Positions 48,776 through 58,955 of a stretch of DNA of 64,000 nucleotides are shown here, piece after piece. A model generated the notes under the pieces. The model made no database searches. It saw nothing but the letters and a program-made list of their open reading frames with translations, and was not told the origin of the DNA. How positions within the stretch are numbered: position 1 is the first letter of the stretch; every line of letters begins with the position of its first letter. Source of the DNA: Limnothrix sp. BL-A-16 (GTDB taxonomy: Bacteria; Cyanobacteriota; Cyanobacteriia; CACIAM-69d); contig CP166615.1 of assembly GCA_041937175.2 (NCBI GenBank), forward strand, positions 1,120,001-1,184,000. The letters are read 5' to 3'. The position numbers and the translations under genes are program-made.

Positions 48776-49082
48776 AGAGCTGGATCTGTCTGGATCAGCA
48801 ACGGCCGCTCCCGGTCAGGGCGCTGCGAGGACGTATGAGGCCCGCAGCGCCGACCAACGGTGAATCCATCAGATCTCCTAGCGTTTGACGAACTGGCGAC
48901 GATTCAATAGAATCGGCCCCAACTCCGTAGCCTTGTCCAGGGTCAATCTTTCGGTGGTTCGGCCGAGTTGAAAGTCTGGCCGTTGCGAAATTTGCCCCCT
49001 GCAAGCAACCCAACGTTGTGTCTGGGCAAGGCGGTGCTTGGGGATGGCGGCCGCGTCCCTTGCCCATATTTGGTGTGGTGGT

Positions 49083-50159
49083 ATGAATTTGTCTATTGAG
49101 CCTCGCGAATCCAACCCGACGATCGCCCCCCGATCGACCTCGGCCGCTGACTGGTATGCCGACCAGCTCATGGATGACTTGTTTGGGGATTTGGAGCGAT
49201 CGCTCGAGGAGGGCGTGGAACTGTTGACCCCACCCCCGGAACCCTCGCCCCCGATCGCCCTGCAATCGATCGCCGTGCCGCCCTTGGTGTTGCCAGCGGA
49301 GGTGTTGCCGCCCCCGCCGCCGCCCAAAATTCAAGAACCGGATCCAGAGCTGATCGAAGCGGTGGCCGACGCGGAGCGGGCCCGGCAATCGGTGCGCCTG
49401 TTCGATCGCCTAACCATCGGCGCGGCGGCCCTGTCCCTATTGGCCACCGTGGGCCTGTGGTTCGCCAATCGCAACGAACCGGCAGCGGTGACGGCCGACG
49501 GCTCCCCGGCGGCTCCCGTTGCTTCCGTGGCCAACGACGGCAGCAGCACCCCCGACGATACGGAATTTGCTGCCTATATCTCCCGTTCTTTGGATGCGAT
49601 CGAGCGGCGCACCAATGGCGGCGGCCCCGCTGCTCAGTTGCCCCAGCCCCCTGCGATCGCGCCAGTGCCCTCGCAATTGCCCAACGTTGTCACCCTCAAT
49701 CCTCCAAACCCCAGCCCCGCGCCGCCGGCCTCCAGCGCTGCCGTCACGCCTGCGGCCCCGGTTGGGTTTCCCTTGTCCAGCAATTTGGTGGATGCGATCG
49801 AGCGCTTAACCCGCTTGCTGGAACGGAATCCCAACTTGGCCACCAACTTACCCCAACCCAACGGAGCCGCCACCCGCCCCAGCCCCGCGCCGGCCGCTTC
49901 CCCTCAACCGACCGCCAGCCCAGCCGCGTCACCGGGGCCCGTTGCGGTTGCTCCCAGCATGACCTACGTTCTGGTGGGGGTTTTGGAATTGGGCGATCGC
50001 TCCTCGGCCTTGGTTTCCGTGAACGGCGTGACCAGGCGGGTCAGCATGGGCGAGGCGATCGGGGCCAGTGGTTGGACTTTGGTGGAAGTGGCCAACCAAG
50101 CGGCGACTCTCCGACGAGATGGCGAAACACGCTCTGTGTTTGTGGGTCAGCAGTTTTAG
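49083..50159 (+). CDS. Membrane-anchored Pro-rich protein with a C-terminal GspC/PilP-like beta domain
   Basis: YADQLMDDLF N-terminal motif, TM helix, Pro-rich linker and LVGVLELGDRSSAL...GEAIGASGWTL. Confidence 0.75.
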   Translation: MNLSIEPRESNPTIAPRSTSAADWYADQLMDDLFGDLERSLEEGVELLTPPPEPSPPIALQSIAVPPLVLPAEVLPPPPPPKIQEPDPELIEAVADAERARQSVRLFDRLTIGAAALSLLATVGLWFANRNEPAAVTADGSPAAPVASVANDGSSTPDDTEFAAYISRSLDAIERRTNGGGPAAQLPQPPAIAPVPSQLPNVVTLNPPNPSPAPPASSAAVTPAAPVGFPLSSNLVDAIERLTRLLERNPNLATNLPQPNGAATRPSPAPAASPQPTASPAASPGPVAVAPSMTYVLVGVLELGDRSSALVSVNGVTRRVSMGEAIGASGWTLVEVANQAATLRRDGETRSVFVGQQF

Positions 50160-50254
50160 GACGCTTTCAAGTCCTGGTCACAACGCGAAATCCTGGCAGC
50201 AAGGGACTTCAGCCCCTTGTCTATGAGGGGTTTGGCGAAAAATGGATGGCGGGT

Positions 50255-51061
50255 CTAATCTGCCAAGGTACTCGGAAAGCCAGCAGTGTTATAGCCAGGA
50301 ATCTCGATCGGATCGCCCCATAGCAAGTAATAATCCTCCGCATAAATCGGGAAGCGACAAAGGTCGATCGGGGTTGTTTCCGATGGGTTAACCCCCTGAA
50401 TTAACCCAGCCGCTTGGAAGGCTGCTGCAATTAATTCAGAGCAGAAAAAACTAGAGTGATCTTCCTGAGCGCAGGTTAATCCCGCTTCGTCCAGGAAGTC
50501 TAAGCCTGCCAAAGCAGCTTGCACAAAATCGTAGGCACGCTTTTCGCTTTGGCGCATGAAATCCGTGAACTTTTGCAGATCCAATCGGGAGCGATGTTGC
50601 TCTCCCAAAGGTAGCCACCAAATTTGGCCATCATAGCCATCCATCAGGGCGCTTAATTTATTGATTTGTACGCCACTTTTGGCAATTCCCGTGTCTTGGT
50701 CAAAGCAAAGGGGATGGGATTCAATAATATAAATTTCCGGCTGATCCGTGGTCAGCATATCAATTTCGAGCAGGGAGGAAGCTAGCTCTAAACTGATATG
50801 TTCCTGATCCTCCGTTGCGCTTGCACTAGGATTTTGGTCACCCTTGGCATCTGAATCAACTTCGCTATCTGGCTTGCTATCAACGTTGATCCTGCTGGGC
50901 CCATTGATCATGAATTCTGGCTGGAACACAGCACCCACATGGGAAACCGTGGATTGGGTTGAAAGGCGCACCGTTCCCGACAGGATATCGGCCCCAGCAA
51001 AGGCAATCACATCTCCCGATCGCATCTGATGACAAACTTCGTGATATTGCACAATATTCAT
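50255..51061 (-). CDS. Permuted papain-like NlpC/P60 enzyme (YaeF/YiiX family)
   Basis: SGDVIAF, SHVG (His), YDF and FFCSELIA (Cys after His, the permuted order). Confidence 0.8.
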   Translation of the reverse strand: MNIVQYHEVCHQMRSGDVIAFAGADILSGTVRLSTQSTVSHVGAVFQPEFMINGPSRINVDSKPDSEVDSDAKGDQNPSASATEDQEHISLELASSLLEIDMLTTDQPEIYIIESHPLCFDQDTGIAKSGVQINKLSALMDGYDGQIWWLPLGEQHRSRLDLQKFTDFMRQSEKRAYDFVQAALAGLDFLDEAGLTCAQEDHSSFFCSELIAAAFQAAGLIQGVNPSETTPIDLCRFPIYAEDYYLLWGDPIEIPGYNTAGFPSTLAD

Positions 51062-51311
51062 GATGTTTCGGGCTGTGGCTATAGTGGGTGTGTTTCAGTT
51101 TTAAACGCTGATTTATAAGAAAATTATTGCTCAGCGAATAACCGTTTTGCCACTATTAAAGCTGTAGACTGCCCTCTTCTTTCCGTGTTGCTCAAGTCGC
51201 TAAGATACGCTTTTCGAGTGAGGTTAGCAATGGCGGGGATTGGAGGATGAGTGCTGCCTTGGTTAGAGAGTCGTGGGTAGTGTCAACTCTATAGACTACT
51301 TACCACTAAAC

Positions 51312-52406
51312 CTATAACCAAAAAGCAACTCCTTCATTTTGAGCTACAGAACGTTCCGTAACATACTGATAAAGAGCAAAATCTAAAGCAATTTTTCTGT
51401 GCAGAAGTTCCCCTCCAAATTCCTCAACCACCTTTTTGAGTAAAATCTGGAAAGGTTTATCTAGAAGTGTCAGAGGATAGCCACCTGACAGCTTAATTTG
51501 ATCTAGTGTTACTCCTTGACGAAGCATTTTTTCTAGTAACTGACCGAGATAACAATCATTTCTATTGAAACCTAAGTTTTCTTGTTGTTTTAGATTGATT
51601 GAGAATTTACATAAATTCCTGATTTTTTCTTGCAAAATTTGAAGCTGAGACAAAGAATATACATGTATAGGGAAGCAATGACATTCCCTCTGTCTTTCAT
51701 CTACTTCATTCCATGGATATAAATGATCACCTTTTAAAATTTCCAGAAACGCCTTGAATCGATGGATTTCTGTAAAAGATATTAAATCTGTTTTTTTAAA
51801 AGATTTGTAGGAATCAAAAAAAGAATCATAATCTTTTTGACTAGTCGAATATTTTTGAGCCAATTTTAGACACTGACTGTCGGGGAACCAATGTCTGACT
51901 TCTTGGATAAAGTCTTTAGTCTCTTGAGAATTAATTAAAACTTCATTTAAGGAAACAGAATTTCCTCCAAAAAAATAATTATTAAACCATTTAATATAAA
52001 AATCTTCAATATTTTCATCCAAGGTTCTCCAAACCAATTCTCGATTAATTAGCTGTTGACCACCGCTGCTAATTGAAACCGCGCCATGCTCTAACCAATA
52101 AAAAATTTGTGATATTGCACGATCCAAAGGATCTCGCAAAATAGAAAATGTATAACATTCAGCATCTATTTTTGACTTCAAATATGATTCAATCCACTTT
52201 ACAGGTAAATGCCCATAAATGAAGCGAATTTTCTTTAATTGATCAGAATTCATTCTCAATAGCTGATTAAAAGCTTGACTGAAATTATGGGTGTAGTTGA
52301 GATTTAAACAACTTTCTTTTCCAAAAAAATTTACCAACTGGCTATTGATTGTTGTTCCAGCACACTTGGGTATATGGCTATGAATTAAGACTGGGGTGTT
52401 TTTCAT
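51312..52406 (-). CDS. Sulfotransferase family 2-like protein
   Basis: PAPS-binding motifs HIPKCAGTT and FSILRDPLDRAISQ, YGHL, and C-terminal LDFALY. Very AT-rich. Confidence 0.8.
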   Translation of the reverse strand: MKNTPVLIHSHIPKCAGTTINSQLVNFFGKESCLNLNYTHNFSQAFNQLLRMNSDQLKKIRFIYGHLPVKWIESYLKSKIDAECYTFSILRDPLDRAISQIFYWLEHGAVSISSGGQQLINRELVWRTLDENIEDFYIKWFNNYFFGGNSVSLNEVLINSQETKDFIQEVRHWFPDSQCLKLAQKYSTSQKDYDSFFDSYKSFKKTDLISFTEIHRFKAFLEILKGDHLYPWNEVDERQRECHCFPIHVYSLSQLQILQEKIRNLCKFSINLKQQENLGFNRNDCYLGQLLEKMLRQGVTLDQIKLSGGYPLTLLDKPFQILLKKVVEEFGGELLHRKIALDFALYQYVTERSVAQNEGVAFWL

Positions 52407-53312
52407 GATTTCACCTTGGTTTTCAAAAATCAGAGTTCATTAAATCATTGAGCTATATGAACTTATTAAGTCTACTGATGATTTTCTTTATTCAGAAAAT
52501 CTTGCTTGATGATTTTAAGAATATTCTTCAAAGTTATCCAAAACGAGATAATCGGAGAAATTCAGAACTCTAAAAGATATTTCAAAAGTAGTTTAGTTAT
52601 CTTGAAGTTGTCAATCTCTTGGTTGTCGATAATACAGCGTAACAAAATATCAAGATTTTCAATTTTTTGGTTTTTGCAAGAACTTGAGTCATGGAGAAAT
52701 TTTTTACATGAGAAAGAATAGTTTTCATTGCAAATTCAACATTCTTGACTGTAGGTCAATAGAATGTTTGAGCTAAAAAGATCAACTGATCTAGTTTGAT
52801 GCTGTTAGGAAAAATTTTCCTTTCTAAGTTCATTAGGCTTTATCTAATGAATTTAGAAAGAAAAACGAATCTTGGTAGTGCCGTAGTTCAGTAATGATGA
52901 GCTGGTGAAAGCCTTGCGGTGTAAGCGGTCAGTTATAGAAGATGGTAATTTTTGTAAAATTACCCAAATTCTTAAAATGTTGCTTTTTATGCCTTTTGAG
53001 AAGTATTCACTTAAACTATTATCACGAAAAGCCCTAAAAGTCAAGAAAGTGCTGTCGATTTAACAAAATGTCCTTGTGGGGTCTTATACAAGAATCTGAA
53101 CAGATACTGTAATTTAGTAATGATGAGTCAATAAACGTTTTGTAATGCAAGCAATTTTTTACTGAAAATCATTACTTCACAGAATTGGTCGAATTTGGTT
53201 AGCTTTAATAAAACTATGATCCCATCTGTATCGAGTTTTAACCAGACGATCGCCCGTCGCCCCGGCTCGTACTACATTCGACTGAGAGCAAACGCTGATC
53301 AGTTGAACTGTC

Positions 53313-55283
53313 ATGTCACAACCGACGATCGAATCGATCCTTCAAGAAAATCGCACCTTTGCGCCGCCTGCGGACTTGGCGGCCAATGCCGAAATTAAAA
53401 GCCTCGATGACTATCAAGCCCTATACGATCGCGCCGCCGCTGACCCCACCGCCTTTTGGGCCGAACTCGCCAAAAAAGAACTCGACTGGTTCCAAAACTG
53501 GGACACCACCCTCGACTGGCAGCCCCCCGTTGCCAAATGGTTTAGCGGCGGGAAAATCAACATTTCCCATAACTGTCTCGATCGCCACTTAACCACCTGG
53601 CGTAAAAACAAAGCCGCTCTGATTTGGGAAGGGGAACCCGGCGACTCGCGCACCCTCACCTATGCCCAACTGCATCGGGAAGTTTGCCAGTTTGCCAACG
53701 TCCTGAAATCCCTCGGCGCGCAAAAAGGCGACATCATTGGCATCTACATGCCGATGATCCCGGAAGCGGCGATCGCCATGCTGGCCTGTGCTCGAATTGG
53801 CGCGGCCCATAGCGTTGTGTTTGGTGGGTTCAGCGCCGAAGCCCTGCGCGATCGCCTGAACGATGCCAAGGCCAAGCTGGTAATCACCGCCGATGGGGGC
53901 TTCCGCAAAGATACCGCCGTGCCCCTGAAAGTGCAGGTCGATCGCGCCCTAGACAACAACGCCGCCCCCAGCGTCGAAAACGTGCTGGTCGTGAAGCGCA
54001 CCGGCCAAGACGTTCATATGGAGCCGGGCCGCGACCATTGGTGGCACGACCTGCAACAGAACGCCAGTGCCGATTGCCCCGCCGAGCCGATGGACAGCGA
54101 AGACCTGCTGTTTGTGCTCTACACCTCCGGCAGCACCGGCAAACCCAAGGGCGTGGTTCACTCCACGGCGGGCTACAACCTCTACACCCACATGACGTTC
54201 AAATGGACGTTCGACATCAAAGACACCGATGTCTATTGGTGTACCGCCGATGTGGGTTGGATTACGGGCCACAGCTACATCGTCTATGGGCCGCTCTCGA
54301 ACGGCGCAACAACGCTGATGTATGAGGGTGCGCCCCGATCGTCCAATCCCGGCTGCTTCTGGGATGTGATTGAAAAATACGGCGTGACGATTTTCTACAC
54401 CGCCCCTACGGCGATCCGCGCCTTCATCAAAATGGGCGAGCATCTGCCCAAGGCGCGCAATCTCAGTTCCCTGCGGCTGTTGGGAACCGTGGGCGAACCG
54501 ATTAACCCGGAAGCTTGGATGTGGTACTACCGGGTGATTGGTGGCGAGCGCTGCCCGATCGTCGATACCTGGTGGCAAACGGAAACCGGCGGGTTCATGA
54601 TCACGCCACTACCGGGGGCGATCCCCACCAAGCCCGGTTCCGCCTCCAAACCCTTCCCCGGCATTTTGGCGGATGTGGTGGATCTCGATGGCAACCCGGT
54701 CGGCGACGGCGAGGGCGGCTATCTGGTCGTGAAGCATCCCTGGCCGAGCATGATGCGGACGGTGTTTGGCGACGACGATCGCTTCCGCCGCACCTACTGG
54801 GAACACATCGCGCCCAAGGATGGTCAGCATTTCTACTTTGCGGGCGATGGCGCGCGCCGGGATGCCGATGGTTATTACTGGATCATGGGCCGCGTCGATG
54901 ACGTGGTGAACGTGTCCGGTCACCGCCTGGGGACGATGGAGGTGGAGTCGGCGCTGGTGTCGCACCCGGCGGTGGCAGAAGCGGCCGTGGTGGGCAAGCC
55001 GGACGACCTGAAGGGCGAAGACATTGTGGCGTTTGTCACCCTGGAAGGGACGGCAACGGCCAGCGAGGAGCTGATCAAGGAGCTGAAACAGCACGTGGTG
55101 AAGGAAATCGGGGCGATCGCCCGGCCCGGTGAAATTCGCTTCACAGATGCGCTACCGAAGACGCGATCGGGCAAAATCATGCGCCGTCTGTTGCGATCGC
55201 TCGCCTCGGGCCAAGAGGTTTCTGGGGACACTTCAACCCTCGAAGATCGCTCCGTCCTCGACAAACTCCGCGAAGGATCGTAA
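53313..55283 (+). CDS. acs: Acetyl-CoA synthetase
   Basis: [27 protein letters not shown] and [11 protein letters not shown]. Confidence 0.98.
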   Translation: MSQPTIESILQENRTFAPPADLAANAEIKSLDDYQALYDRAAADPTAFWAELAKKELDWFQNWDTTLDWQPPVAKWFSGGKINISHNCLDRHLTTWRKNKAALIWEGEPGDSRTLTYAQLHREVCQFANVLKSLGAQKGDIIGIYMPMIPEAAIAMLACARIGAAHSVVFGGFSAEALRDRLNDAKAKLVITADGGFRKDTAVPLKVQVDRALDNNAAPSVENVLVVKRTGQDVHMEPGRDHWWHDLQQNASADCPAEPMDSEDLLFVLYTSGSTGKPKGVVHSTAGYNLYTHMTFKWTFDIKDTDVYWCTADVGWITGHSYIVYGPLSNGATTLMYEGAPRSSNPGCFWDVIEKYGVTIFYTAPTAIRAFIKMGEHLPKARNLSSLRLLGTVGEPINPEAWMWYYRVIGGERCPIVDTWWQTETGGFMITPLPGAIPTKPGSASKPFPGILADVVDLDGNPVGDGEGGYLVVKHPWPSMMRTVFGDDDRFRRTYWEHIAPKDGQHFYFAGDGARRDADGYYWIMGRVDDVVNVSGHRLGTMEVESALVSHPAVAEAAVVGKPDDLKGEDIVAFVTLEGTATASEELIKELKQHVVKEIGAIARPGEIRFTDALPKTRSGKIMRRLLRSLASGQEVSGDTSTLEDRSVLDKLREGS

Positions 55284-55359
55284 TTGCTAGACTATGGGCA
55301 GGGTGGAGAGTCTTCTACCCTGCCCAAAATACCAGTTCAATCCCAATCAGATCAGTCCT

Positions 55360-55932
55360 ATGTCCAGTAACAAAACTATGCTTTCGGTGGGCGCAATTAC
55401 AGTTGGAGAAATCGTACTGCCAACCTATCAGTTTTCACAAACTGAATATGCATTTCCTTTGCATACGATTTTGCAATTTTTAAAACTTGAGAATCATCAC
55501 TTCCCACAGGAACCAGAATTTTTTATCACAATTAATACTCAAACAGGCTCACCTGAAAAATTTATTTCTATTGAAACCCTTGTTAAATTCCTGATTGACC
55601 TATTGCAGAAAGAACACCATTCTCAAGCCACGGCAATATTGCAAAGTCTCGCAATTCATGGCTTTGAACTCTACTTACAGAACCGCTCTGATATGGTCTC
55701 TGATTCTGAATTTCAAGGACAGCCTGTATTCAAAACCCCCGATTCTGACAGATTCAGCACTGAACTCAAATTGAATACCTATGAAGCGTTTGAGACTGAA
55801 TCACCTGATCTAGACCACCTTCAGAAAATCAGAGAGCGAAATAGGAATCTTGTAAACCTACTCGATGAGTGGAATGTCAATCCTGATTACGAATTAGATC
55901 GCACCTGGAACGAGGTAATGGCTAACTTATAG
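55360..55932 (+). CDS. Hypothetical protein, putative antitoxin partner of the downstream PIN gene
   Basis: AT-rich ORF 53 nt upstream of the PIN gene. Acidic C-terminal segment RNRNLVNLLDEW...RTW. Confidence 0.55.
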   Translation: MSSNKTMLSVGAITVGEIVLPTYQFSQTEYAFPLHTILQFLKLENHHFPQEPEFFITINTQTGSPEKFISIETLVKFLIDLLQKEHHSQATAILQSLAIHGFELYLQNRSDMVSDSEFQGQPVFKTPDSDRFSTELKLNTYEAFETESPDLDHLQKIRERNRNLVNLLDEWNVNPDYELDRTWNEVMANL

Positions 55933-55985
55933 AGGTTTTTGGTGATTATTTATCTATTGAACTTTTTCACGTAATTTTAACAAAA

Positions 55986-56474
55986 ATGGAAATCATCAAC
56001 AAACTTACTATTGATACCAATATTTTAGGTCAGCTACTGAACCCTAATCCCACAAAATTTACTGAGTTAAAAAGCTGGTTTCGAGTAGTACTGATGTCTG
56101 ATACTGAAATTTTTCTTCCAGGAATTGTTGATTATGAAATGCGGCGATCTTTAGAATTACAGCGCCTTAAAGATCCGAATTACAGAGGTGTTGAGCGATT
56201 AAACCGATTTTTGCAATCGGTTCGATACCTACCCATCACGATGACTGATCTGAATCTTGCGGCGACTCTCTGGGCTGATGCACGTCGCCGGGGCCAAAAA
56301 ACAGAAAGCGATCGCGACTTGGGAGGCGATCCCATTTTGGCAGCTCAGGTGAGATCGCTCTTTTCGCCCTGGGCAAATGTGGTGTTGGTCACGGAAAATC
56401 GCAAGCACCTAACGCGCTATGGCATTGATGCTCGATCGTTCCAAGAAATCCTATTCCCAGAAATGAAATTATGA
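55986..56474 (+). CDS. PIN-domain (VapC-like) nuclease
   Basis: IDTNILG, IVDYEMRR, AATLWA, DPILAAQ and VTENRKHL. Confidence 0.87.
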   Translation: MEIINKLTIDTNILGQLLNPNPTKFTELKSWFRVVLMSDTEIFLPGIVDYEMRRSLELQRLKDPNYRGVERLNRFLQSVRYLPITMTDLNLAATLWADARRRGQKTESDRDLGGDPILAAQVRSLFSPWANVVLVTENRKHLTRYGIDARSFQEILFPEMKL

Positions 56475-56585
56475 ACAATAACCCCATACCTGAGCACTCA
56501 GAAAAGTCCTGAATTATCTAGCTGAGATGGGCTGCGATCGCCTGAACTTGCTTGAAATTCCAAAGATTGAGCTTGATTTTCAAGC

Positions 56586-57128
56586 TTAATCAGGTTTTCT
56601 TGAAGCTGCTTTTAGTTGCTGTTGGAGTTCATCAATCTGTTTTTGTTGCTCACGCAGCAGATGCAGAATTTCGCTCAACTCTGCCTCGCGTAGAAGATTG
56701 ATTTTGTCATGTAGCAGCTCAATTTCCAGTTCCGATTTCAAATTTACTTCATGATCGTGCTTAGCCTCTTGGCGATCAATTTCATTTTGCCGATTTTGGC
56801 TCATCATGATGATTGGTGCTGTGTATGCTGCTTGGAATGACAACATCAAATTCAGCAAAATGAATGGATAGGAATCCCAATGGATTGTCTTGTTGCTGAC
56901 ATTGCAAAAAATCCAGAAACCTAAACAAATGGACTGGATGATGACAAATTTCCAAGAGCCAACCGTTGAAGCCACCAGGTCAGCAAGATGCGAACCCAAA
57001 TCCGCTTTTTCTTTGGGTGGGTTCTCGGCGGGATTTCGTTCCCGTAGGCGCTGAATCAGCCGATATTGCTCAGGGGTAATATTGGCGCGGCTGGGGCGAC
57101 GAGGATAGCCAGGAGAATTGACGGGCAT
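56586..57128 (-). CDS. DUF1003 domain membrane protein
   Basis: VGSWKF, DSYPFILLNL, APIIMMSQNRQ and ELEIELLHDKI. Confidence 0.9.
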   Translation of the reverse strand: MPVNSPGYPRRPSRANITPEQYRLIQRLRERNPAENPPKEKADLGSHLADLVASTVGSWKFVIIQSICLGFWIFCNVSNKTIHWDSYPFILLNLMLSFQAAYTAPIIMMSQNRQNEIDRQEAKHDHEVNLKSELEIELLHDKINLLREAELSEILHLLREQQKQIDELQQQLKAASRKPD

Positions 57129-57321
57129 AACGCGATCTCGTGGGAGAAAGTTAGCACTAGGATATTGAGGCTTAAGGGGTTGTGGCTAAAAATAACCGCA
57201 GCGAAAGGGGGGAGTCTCTGGTCTTCACACCACTGTTGCACCACTCCCGTCTGATCGCTCTCGGTTGGTTAACAGCAGTAAACTCAACCCAATGTTTCTC
57301 TATGCCGGTTGCCCAACACCT

Positions 57322-58596
57322 GTGAAAGTTCCTCTTCCGTCACCCCTAGCCTCGATCGCTCGGTTGTTTCAACAGCCCAAGATGGCGGCCTTGCTGCTCT
57401 TGGGGTTTAGCTCGGGGTTGCCCTTGCTGTTAACCAGCCGTACCCTTCAGGCTTGGATGACGATGGAGCAGGTGAACCTGAGCGCGATCGGGGCTTTTAG
57501 CTTGGTGGGATTGCCCTACTCCTTGAAGTTTCTGTGGGCCCCCTTGCTCGATCGATTTGTCCCACCGTTTTTTGGGCGACGGCGGGGTTGGTTGGCCCTC
57601 AGCCAAGGGGCGATCGCCTTGGCCCTGTTGGCGTTGGGGGTGCAAAATCCCCAGCAGGGGCTACAGGGTGTGGCGATCGCGGCGGTGTTGGTGGCCCTGT
57701 TCAGCGCCACCCAGGACATTGCCGCCGATGCCTATCGCACAGATGTGTTGACTCCTCGGGAAATGGGAGCCGGAGCAGCGATCTTTGTGTTGGGCTATCG
57801 CGGGGCCCTGCTCATTGCGGGCGGAGCAGCGCTGGTGTTGGCCGATCGCTTCACCTGGCCGGTCACCTACAGCATGATGGCGGTTTTGATGGCCGGTTGC
57901 ATTCTGTTGAGTTGGCTGGCTCCAGAACCGACCACCGCCCAACAACCACCCGCCAGCCTGTCGGAGGCCGTTTGGTTGCCTTTCAAGGATTTCCTCGATC
58001 GCTACCATTGGCAGCGGGGCTTGGCCATTTTGGCCTTTATTGTGCTCTATCGCTTGGGCGATTCGATGGTGAACAACATGGCCCTGCCCTTTTTGCTGCA
58101 AACGGGCTTTAGCCAAACGGAAGTGGGAGCCATTCAAGGGGTAATGGGTCTGATTGCCACCATTGTTGGTTCCTTAACGGGCGGTGCAATTCTCAGCCAA
58201 ATTGGCATTGGCCGATCGCTCTGGGTCTTTGGAGGATTACAAGCCCTCAGCAATGTTGCCTATTTAATTTTGGCTTGGGTGGGGAAAAATGCCACCGCCA
58301 TGGTGTTAGCGATTAATGTGGAAAATTTCTGCGGCGGATTAGCAACAGCAGGATTTACGGCTTTTTTGATGAGTCTTTGTAATGCTCGTTTTTCCGCCAC
58401 CCAATATGCTTTGCTGTCTAGTTTGATGGCGGTTAGTCGCGATTTGTTTTCGGCTCCTTCCGGTGCTTTAGCCCAGCAATTGGGTTGGCCCGGCTTCTTT
58501 TTACTCACGATCGGGGCGGCGCTACCGGGGTTGGCATTGTTGCCCTGGTTTGCCCCTTGGCATCAGTCGAATTCGCCATCGGATCTTAATCAATAG
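57322..58596 (+). CDS. ampG: AmpG-family muropeptide MFS transporter
   Basis: LGFSSGLP, PYSLKFLWAPLLD, GRRRGW, SATQDIAADAY and SATQYALLSS. Start uncertain (57265-57382). Confidence 0.92.
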   Translation: MKVPLPSPLASIARLFQQPKMAALLLLGFSSGLPLLLTSRTLQAWMTMEQVNLSAIGAFSLVGLPYSLKFLWAPLLDRFVPPFFGRRRGWLALSQGAIALALLALGVQNPQQGLQGVAIAAVLVALFSATQDIAADAYRTDVLTPREMGAGAAIFVLGYRGALLIAGGAALVLADRFTWPVTYSMMAVLMAGCILLSWLAPEPTTAQQPPASLSEAVWLPFKDFLDRYHWQRGLAILAFIVLYRLGDSMVNNMALPFLLQTGFSQTEVGAIQGVMGLIATIVGSLTGGAILSQIGIGRSLWVFGGLQALSNVAYLILAWVGKNATAMVLAINVENFCGGLATAGFTAFLMSLCNARFSATQYALLSSLMAVSRDLFSAPSGALAQQLGWPGFFLLTIGAALPGLALLPWFAPWHQSNSPSDLNQ

Positions 58597-58624
58597 ACTG
58601 CAACCCCAGTTAACTTCAGCCTGA

Positions 58625-58933
58625 GAGGATCTTTAGACCTCTTGCATCAATCAAGACCCTCACCCTAAATCCCTCTCCCAAGTCGGGAGAGGGACTTGAA
58701 AATCAACAACGAAATCGCCGTAACTCCCTATTTCTGGCTCCCCTTCGCCCCCCCCTTGGGAGAAGGGGTTGGGGGATGAGGGCTGTTAGCTGATTCGTGC
58801 AGGAGGTCTATTGAAAGGCTGAAACTGCTAACTTTTGGTTCTCATCAACCAATAGAGACAAGGGGCTTAAGCCCCTTGCCCCCACGATCGCTAGTACTTT
58901 GTAAGTCCCCCAATTTGCTTTTCAGACATCCTC
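58625..58933. mobile_element. MITE family 1 copy whose left end is interrupted by a family 2 MITE
   Basis: TGA|GAGGATCTT-[insert]-TTGAAAGG ... palindrome at 58859-58878 ... CTTTTCAGACATCCTC|TAA. The reverse complement aligns with the first part of 14529-14720. Confidence 0.75.
58634..58810 (-). mobile_element. MITE family 2, copy C (inverted)
   Basis: TAGACCTCTTGCA ... TGCAGGAGGTCTA, the reverse complement of copies A and B. Confidence 0.9.
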
Positions 58934-58955
58934 TAAATCATTGGGTAGCCTTCCG

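Noticed and set aside
48813..48855. GC-rich hairpin GGCGCTGCG...CGCAGCGCC as a possible ncRNA
   Set aside because: A single hairpin with no recognisable SRP, riboswitch or tRNA motif; insufficient support.
52506..53044. Short ORFs in the AT-rich stretch upstream of acs
   Set aside because: No RBS, motif or coding pattern supports them.
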